A stretch of DNA of 64,000 nt, from NCBI GenBank assembly GCA_040902895.1, contig JBBDWL010000062.1, positions 74,894 through 138,893 on the forward strand, given 5' to 3'. A program made the position numbers and the translations under genes. The notes below the pieces were generated by a model. The model was given only the letters and a program-made list of their open reading frames with translations. It did no database searches and was not told the origin of the DNA. Shown in pieces: positions 58,535 to 64,000 of the stretch. The first letter of the stretch is position 1. Each line of letters starts with the position of its first letter. The stretch is from Vicinamibacterales bacterium. Lineage in GTDB: Bacteria > Acidobacteriota > Vicinamibacteria > Vicinamibacterales > SCN-69-37.

Positions 58535-58872
58535 CACCCGATCTTTTCGAGCCGGGGATCGAGCCCGCTCCACATCTGATCGACGGCCTGCCGCGACTCA
58601 CGCAGCACGTGCATGCCGGCGCGCGTGACCTTCACGCAGCGGCGGGCCTTGCCGCCGCGCTCCTGGGTGTGCTCGCTCATCCAGGATTCCACGAGGCCCT
58701 TCTGTTCGAGCCTGCGAAGGGTGATGTACACGGCGGCGCGGGCCACATTCCGCTTCGTGCGGCGCTCGATCTCGTCGACGATCGGCACGCCATAGACGTC
58801 GCCCGTGCCCGCGAGGCGGATGATGGCAAGCAGCACCAGCTGTTCGAATTCGCCCAGGCTTTCGCGGGTCAT
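58534..58872 (-). CDS. PadR regulator (class B: LGEFEQ)
   Basis: LGEFEQLVLLAI, YGVPI, AVYITLRRLEQKG, ERGGKARR. Confidence 0.92.
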   Translation of the reverse strand: MTRESLGEFEQLVLLAIIRLAGTGDVYGVPIVDEIERRTKRNVARAAVYITLRRLEQKGLVESWMSEHTQERGGKARRCVKVTRAGMHVLRESRQAVDQMWSGLDPRLEKIG

Positions 58873-58878
58873 CGAATG

Positions 58879-58895
58879 ATTACTACGCTAGCAAT
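58879..58895. promoter_or_regulatory. Putative PadR operator (class B)
   Basis: ATTACTA-CGC-TAGCAAT (1 mismatch), 6 nt upstream of the ATG. Confidence 0.6.
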
Positions 58896-58959
58896 ATGCG
58901 GTTGGTTCCGTGGCGCCCGCGAACGTCGTGAGCAGCCTAAGCAAACCAGCCCAGGACGG

Positions 58960-59961
58960 CTACTGAGGGCGGCACTCCGTGCCGCCAGGGCGTCGAAACC
59001 GGCCGATCACCGGATGGTGATCCGACCCGAACGTCTCCGGCGCGCGCCTGGTGCCGCCACATAATTCGGCGTCGAGGCGGAAGAACAGATAGTCGAGCCG
59101 CACCAGCCCTCGCGTGCGGGCGGTGTCCTCTGCTCCCTGATTGCGCGACCAGTCGCGCCGCGTGTGGTCAGCCGCGTCCTCGAACGGCAGGAACGTGTTG
59201 AAGTCTCCTCCGAGGATGGCGATCGCCCCTGGCGTCTCCATCGCATCGATGTACCCGATGGTCGCGCGCGCCTGCGCGGGGCGCGGATTGCCGAGCACGT
59301 AAAGGCGGCCGCGGCCCTCTGTCGTATCGAAGTGCACGTTGATGACGCGCAGTGGGCGCCGAATTCCGGCGTCACGCACGGTCACCGTCGCGGCGATGCC
59401 GACACGCCGCTGCTTGCGGAACGGCAGCTCGAACGCGTAGACCTCATCGAGCGGCAGCGTCGAAAGAATGGCGTTGCCGCGATCCTCGCGTTGCTCGCCA
59501 TTGCGCATCGACGGCACGTAAAGGAGCGACAGCCCGAACGCTTCCGCGGCTTCGACGATGTCGGGGAGGGATGGGTCGGTGCCGCCAATCCTGCCCGCCT
59601 TCTTCATCCCGCTCTCGAACACGGGAGGCGGCATGTGACGGATGCGCACCGCCTCTTGCACGAGCAGCACGAAATGCTCGACTGGATCCCCGGTAAGGCG
59701 GCCGCCTTTCAGTTGGCCAATGAAATCGAGCAGGCGTCCGTGAGTTCCGTGAACGTTCCAGGTGATGACCGCGAGCGACTCGACGTCTGGCGGCTCGGTG
59801 GGCGCGCGCTGAATCAGGACAGGCGGCCCGACGGCGCGGGCCCAGCGCGCCTGTTCCACGCTGTCCGTGACTTCAGGATTGGGCAGCCAGACAACCGCCG
59901 GCGCCGGCGTCTGCAGGCCGGACAACCCCAGCAGCAGGGCCAGGACGAGCGCGCGAGTCAC
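58960..59961 (-). CDS. Secreted endonuclease/exonuclease/phosphatase-family protein
   Basis: Signal peptide, TWNVH, VQE, GNAILS, NVH, GGDFN, LDY, SDHHPV. Confidence 0.88.
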   Translation of the reverse strand: MTRALVLALLLGLSGLQTPAPAVVWLPNPEVTDSVEQARWARAVGPPVLIQRAPTEPPDVESLAVITWNVHGTHGRLLDFIGQLKGGRLTGDPVEHFVLLVQEAVRIRHMPPPVFESGMKKAGRIGGTDPSLPDIVEAAEAFGLSLLYVPSMRNGEQREDRGNAILSTLPLDEVYAFELPFRKQRRVGIAATVTVRDAGIRRPLRVINVHFDTTEGRGRLYVLGNPRPAQARATIGYIDAMETPGAIAILGGDFNTFLPFEDAADHTRRDWSRNQGAEDTARTRGLVRLDYLFFRLDAELCGGTRRAPETFGSDHHPVIGRFRRPGGTECRPQ

Positions 59962-60011
59962 GGATCTATTGTGCGATCACACGCCGGAGGGCGTCGATGA
60001 TCATCTGCGGG

Positions 60012-62708
60012 TCAGTCGGCGCGAAGCGCCACCGCCGGATCGATGCGCGTCGCGCGGCGAATCGCGGGCCATACGGCTAGGACCGCGGCCGCGGTCAGTC
60101 CCGTTCCAGCGACCGTAATCGTCAGCGGATCGCGGGCCGAGACGCCGAACAGATACGCGGCGACCAGGCCCGAGAGAGGCGTGATGAGCAGGCCGCCGGC
60201 AGCGAGTCCGCCGGCCGTCACGGCTGCGATGCGGCGCAGCATCGCAGTGGTGATGTTCGCTCGCGTCGCGCCGAGGGCCGCGCGAATGGCGAGCTCGCGC
60301 ATACGCTCGGTCACGAACTGCGCGACCACGGCATAGAGTCCGGTGAGCGCGAGCAGCGCGGCGATCGCGCCGATGACGAGGCTGAGGCGGCTCAATACGC
60401 GCTCCTGCGCAATCTGCTCGTCCGCTTCGCGCCGCAGAGGCACAATGTCGTCAACGGGCACCGCCGGCGCGGCGTCGCGGGCGGCTGCTCGCGCGAACGC
60501 CGCGGCACGATCGAACGGCACGCGAGGACGCAGCATGACGGTGGCAATCCGCGAGCGCCCGAACGGTTCATATGCGAATGGAAGAATCCCTTCGCGCACG
60601 TCGGATCCCACCGCGTTGCCGACGACGCCGACGACGGGGCGCGTCAGCCAGGTCTGCCCCCGCGCGGTGCGGCGCGGCGTCAGGATCGTCTGTCCAACCG
60701 CCGGCTCCATTCCAAACAGTCGGCGCGCCAGCGCCTCGTTGAGGATGATGGGCGAGCCCTCGCGGTGCGGCACCATCGATTCGGCCGCGGAGAACGTGCG
60801 CCCCTGAATCACGGGAATGCCCAGGACCGCGAAGTAGCCGCCGGTCACGTGGTGCGAGGCGATCTTGAGGGCCTTCGCGTCATCCTGCCCCGGCAGGCGC
60901 ACCGTGCTTCCCAGCGTACCGCCGAGCGGCGAGAAAAACGCGAACGCCACACGTTCAATCGCCGGCTCGCTCGCGATTCGATCGTGCAGCCTCTGCATCG
61001 TCGTCGCCGTGGCGGCATCGTCAAGCCCCGCGCGCGTCGGCCGAAACGAAAATGCGAGCACGGCGTCGGGCGAGAAGCCGAAGTCGATCGACTGCAGCCG
61101 GTGCACGCTCTGCGCCAGCAGCGCCGCCGTGACGAGAAGCGTGAAAGAGAGTGCGACCTGCGCGCCGGCAAGCGACGTCCGCAGCCAGCCTGCGTGCCGC
61201 GTCGTGCTGCGTCCACCTGCAGCCATGCCGGTGCGCACATCCGCGCGCGACGCGAGCAGCGCCGGCACGAGCGCAAAGAGCGCGATGGTCGCCGCCGATA
61301 CCGCGCCGCCGAACGCGGCGGCGCGCCAGTCGAGGCCTAGTCCCTCGAGCACCGGCAGATACGAAAGCAACCGGCTCGTACGAAACAGCGTCGTGAGCGC
61401 GGCGGCAATTACGAGACCGAGGGCGCAGGATCCGGCTGCGAGCACCGAGGCCTCGACAAGCAGCTCGCGCATCAATCGCCCGCGGCTGGCGCCGAGCGCG
61501 GAACGTACCGCGAGATCCGGCCTGCGGCGCAGGTGGCGCGCGAGCATCAGGTTCGCCGCATTGGCGCAGGCCAGCACGAGAAGCAACGCGACGCCGGCGA
61601 GCATGACGCGAAACACGGCCGTCAAACGCGCGCGCGTCACTCCGATGCCGTCGCTGAGGCCGGCGAAGGCGAATGGCCAGAAGGTGCTCTCGCCGATGCG
61701 CTGCTCACCGACCGAGCGAAACGCCGCCATGAGCTGCGCCTGAGCGACCTCGATCGACGCCCCCGGCGCGAGTCGTCCCACCATGGACGAGTGCGCGCTC
61801 TGACTGGTCGTCCGCGTCTCGGAGGGATCGAGCGTACGTTTCGAGGCGTACGCGAGCCATCCGTCGTGGTCATCGAGCCGATCGAGTCCCTGAAATGCAC
61901 GAGCTACGCCGATGATCTCGAATGCGTGCCCGCTCACGAACACCCGCCGGCCGATGACGGCTGGATCCTCGTTGAACCGACGCCGCCAGAGCCGTTCGCT
62001 GATGACGAGAAGGTCGAGGCCTGTGGACTCGTACTCGTCCGCGGTGAACAGACGACCCAGTCTCGAACGCACGCCGAGCACGTCGAAATAGCCGCGCGTC
62101 ACCGTGACGAGCCGGGCCATGCGCGGCGGCTCGCCTGGATCGACTGCCAGCGGCAGCTCGCTTGAGCGCCATGCCGCGAGGCCGGAGAGCGCCGGTGTCT
62201 GATGGCGCATCGCCTCGAGGTGCGCGTGTGACACCGACCCGCGGTGAGGCGTCGCCGCGTCGATCTGCGTGTACACGCTGATCAATCGGCCCTCGTCCAT
62301 CACGCCGGGCACGGGCCGGAGCATCGCGTAGTTGACGACCGCATACGTGGCGGTGGCGGCGCCCGTGCCGAGCGCGAGCGTGAAAACGACGGCAAGCGCC
62401 GATGCCGGCTCGCGCCGCACGCTGCGAAGCGCCAGCCGGACGTCCGGGCCCAGGTTCCAGGAACGGACGATCGGATGCAATGGCGGCTGCGGATTCCCAG
62501 GCGCGTGCGAGAAGCGGGCGCCTACACGCAGGATGTGCCACGCGAGCCACAGATCGCGACGGAGACCGCGACGCCGGTCGCGCGCAGTCTCCTCGGCGAG
62601 ATCGCGACCGACCGAGTCGCGCCAGTCGCGTGGCACAAGTGCAAGAGCCGCGCGTGCAAGCAGCCCGAGGCGATCTGGCGCCGGTGTGCGCGAATCCCGC
62701 CCGCTCAC
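60012..62708 (-). CDS. ADOP duplicated permease with prefix-2-type N-terminus
   Basis: GTGA overlap with PadR. LVPRDWRDSVGRDLAEE...LWLAW, DVRLALRSVRR, RRATRIDPAVALRAD. Confidence 0.9.
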   Translation of the reverse strand: MSGRDSRTPAPDRLGLLARAALALVPRDWRDSVGRDLAEETARDRRRGLRRDLWLAWHILRVGARFSHAPGNPQPPLHPIVRSWNLGPDVRLALRSVRREPASALAVVFTLALGTGAATATYAVVNYAMLRPVPGVMDEGRLISVYTQIDAATPHRGSVSHAHLEAMRHQTPALSGLAAWRSSELPLAVDPGEPPRMARLVTVTRGYFDVLGVRSRLGRLFTADEYESTGLDLLVISERLWRRRFNEDPAVIGRRVFVSGHAFEIIGVARAFQGLDRLDDHDGWLAYASKRTLDPSETRTTSQSAHSSMVGRLAPGASIEVAQAQLMAAFRSVGEQRIGESTFWPFAFAGLSDGIGVTRARLTAVFRVMLAGVALLLVLACANAANLMLARHLRRRPDLAVRSALGASRGRLMRELLVEASVLAAGSCALGLVIAAALTTLFRTSRLLSYLPVLEGLGLDWRAAAFGGAVSAATIALFALVPALLASRADVRTGMAAGGRSTTRHAGWLRTSLAGAQVALSFTLLVTAALLAQSVHRLQSIDFGFSPDAVLAFSFRPTRAGLDDAATATTMQRLHDRIASEPAIERVAFAFFSPLGGTLGSTVRLPGQDDAKALKIASHHVTGGYFAVLGIPVIQGRTFSAAESMVPHREGSPIILNEALARRLFGMEPAVGQTILTPRRTARGQTWLTRPVVGVVGNAVGSDVREGILPFAYEPFGRSRIATVMLRPRVPFDRAAAFARAAARDAAPAVPVDDIVPLRREADEQIAQERVLSRLSLVIGAIAALLALTGLYAVVAQFVTERMRELAIRAALGATRANITTAMLRRIAAVTAGGLAAGGLLITPLSGLVAAYLFGVSARDPLTITVAGTGLTAAAVLAVWPAIRRATRIDPAVALRAD

Positions 62709-63037
62709 TTCGGAGGCTCCAGGACGGTGCCCGCCGACAGACGGCTGATGCCACGCTGCGCCGCGCGAAGCGACGCCACCCCTGCGGGACGGGCGCGGAA
62801 CAATCGGCGCGCTTTGCCGCCTGGCTCGCCGGTCGGATCCGAAAACCACGATTCAACCAGCTCCTTGGCCTCGAGGCGATCGAGGGTGATGTAGACCGAC
62901 CCGCGCGAAAGCCGAACGCCGGTCTCGCGCGCGATCAGCTCGCGAATCGGCACGGCATACGCCTCGCTGCTGAGGCGCAGGACGGCCAACAGCACGAGTT
63001 GCTCGACTTCGCCCAGCCGTGACGGGTCAGTGGCCAT
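62705..63037 (-). CDS. PadR regulator (class B: LGEVEQ)
   Basis: LGEVEQLVLLAVL, AYAVPI, GSVYITLDRLE.K, PGGKARR. Confidence 0.92.
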   Translation of the reverse strand: MATDPSRLGEVEQLVLLAVLRLSSEAYAVPIRELIARETGVRLSRGSVYITLDRLEAKELVESWFSDPTGEPGGKARRLFRARPAGVASLRAAQRGISRLSAGTVLEPPK

Positions 63038-63038
63038 G

Positions 63039-63061
63039 GAATGCTTATATTATTAGCATTC
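63039..63061. promoter_or_regulatory. Putative PadR operator (class B)
   Basis: GAATGCTTAT-ATT-ATTAGCATTC, 10-bp arms with 1 mismatch, abutting the start codon. Confidence 0.72.
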
Positions 63062-63102
63062 AGAGCGTGGCGGGGCAAGAGGGAGGGAAAGGCCTTCGGG
63101 AT

Positions 63103-63510
63103 CTAGCGCACGGCCGCCCGCAACCTGTCGACGATGTCCTTTGGGATTGGTGCGCTCGTGAGCTTCTCGCCGGGCTTTTTGTCGACGTGAACCGCCGTCA
63201 TCGTCCCCTCGGCGATGACCGTTTCGCCATGCACGATCACGTGGCGGTACGAGATTGAGCTTCGCGAGATCTTTTCGATCGTCACGACGACTTCGCACTC
63301 GTCCTCGAAGCGCAGCGGCGCCGTGAAGTCGAGGCTGGCCGACACGCGGGGCCAGCCGACGTTCTCACCTGATTTCGCGATCGAGAGGCCCGCCGCGCGC
63401 CAGAGTGCGTGCTCGGCTTCCTCCATGTAGCGGAACAGCACCGCAAAATGCGCGATGCCGGCGAGGTCGGTTTCGGCGAACTGAACGCGGCGCTGATAAC
63501 GAAAGGCCAT
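63103..63510 (-). CDS. Acyl-CoA thioesterase (4HBT/YbgC hotdog fold)
   Basis: VQFAETDLAGIAHF...YMEEAE, DFTAPLRFED. ATG overlaps the VapC TAA. Confidence 0.88.
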   Translation of the reverse strand: MAFRYQRRVQFAETDLAGIAHFAVLFRYMEEAEHALWRAAGLSIAKSGENVGWPRVSASLDFTAPLRFEDECEVVVTIEKISRSSISYRHVIVHGETVIAEGTMTAVHVDKKPGEKLTSAPIPKDIVDRLRAAVR

Positions 63511-63878
63511 TACAGCTCTACGCGCTCGGATTCCGGCAGGTGCGCGAGAATCGCCTCGTCGGCCGTCGCAAGCCGCCAACCGCGCATGCGGGCATGCGCG
63601 ACGAGCAGGCGGTCGAACGGATCCCGCGTCCACCCAACGGACAGCGACGTCTCGAACCATCGCGCGACCGGCGGTTCGTCCAGCACCCAGCGGTCGTCGT
63701 CGAAGAATCGGGAAACCGTACCGCTCGCCAACTCGAAACGGCCCGCTTCATGAAGCATCTGCAGTTCGAGCATGGTTATCGGCGACACATAAAGCGGCCG
63801 GCCGGACTTGAGCAGGGGACGCGCCCTGCGGTGGCCGCGCTCGACCCAGGCGAGCGCGTGCGTATCGAGCAGAATCAC
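63510..63878 (-). CDS. vapC: VapC PIN-domain toxin
   Basis: ILLDTHALAW, VSPITMLEL, RDPFDRLLVAHA, LATAD. Confidence 0.9.
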   Translation of the reverse strand: MILLDTHALAWVERGHRRARPLLKSGRPLYVSPITMLELQMLHEAGRFELASGTVSRFFDDDRWVLDEPPVARWFETSLSVGWTRDPFDRLLVAHARMRGWRLATADEAILAHLPESERVEL

Positions 63879-64000
63879 TTCTTCCTGCGACGATCGCGGA
63901 ACCGCAGCCCGCCAGGCCGCCAGTCCCAGGTCCATTGCCCCGCCTCGACCGCAGGATCCATGTAGGTGATGATCGACTTACGCGGCCGGCGTCGCGGGGC
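63875..64000 (-). CDS. 3' end of a probable antitoxin (5' end outside window)
   Basis: Open frame APRRRPRKSIITYMDPAVEAGQWTWDWRPGGLRFRDRRRKK-stop with GTGA overlap onto vapC. Confidence 0.6.
   Translation of the reverse strand, partial: APRRRPRKSIITYMDPAVEAGQWTWDWRPGGLRFRDRRRKK

Overview
GC-rich bacterial DNA. Seven ADOP-type permeases, five PadR regulators, an Oar-like TonB receptor and a PSD1/DUF1501 pair point to Acidobacteriota, probably Vicinamibacteria (inferred from gene families). The left part (1-23189) is a pentose/arabinan-xylan utilisation region: xylose-isomerase-like enzyme, GH51, TonB receptor, two GH127/GH146-like enzymes, GH31, galM and a sugar ABC transporter. It is interrupted by a Phe/Tyr-attenuated pheA unit and a small accessory patch. 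The middle and right parts hold a CADD-like protein, PadR-ADOP modules, an ECF sigma with a TolC-repeat partner, a solitary HNH nuclease with a long upstream non-coding region, DinB with LytS/LytTR, an ABC exporter, two VapBC modules, xylulokinase and a Gfo/Idh dehydrogenase. Most notable: (i) PadR class, ADOP N-terminal prefix class and operator architecture co-vary across all 7 permeases, suggesting a family of membrane sensor/anti-repressor systems; (ii) a LacI-type operator is shared by the sugar genes and the uncharacterised PSD1/DUF1501 operon; (iii) a 28-bp LytTR box is duplicated, with one copy orphaned; (iv) a ribosome-dependent Phe/Tyr attenuator precedes a vestigial chorismate mutase. 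No rRNA, tRNA, CRISPR array or transposase was recognised. Family assignments come from motif recognition by eye, not from database searches.
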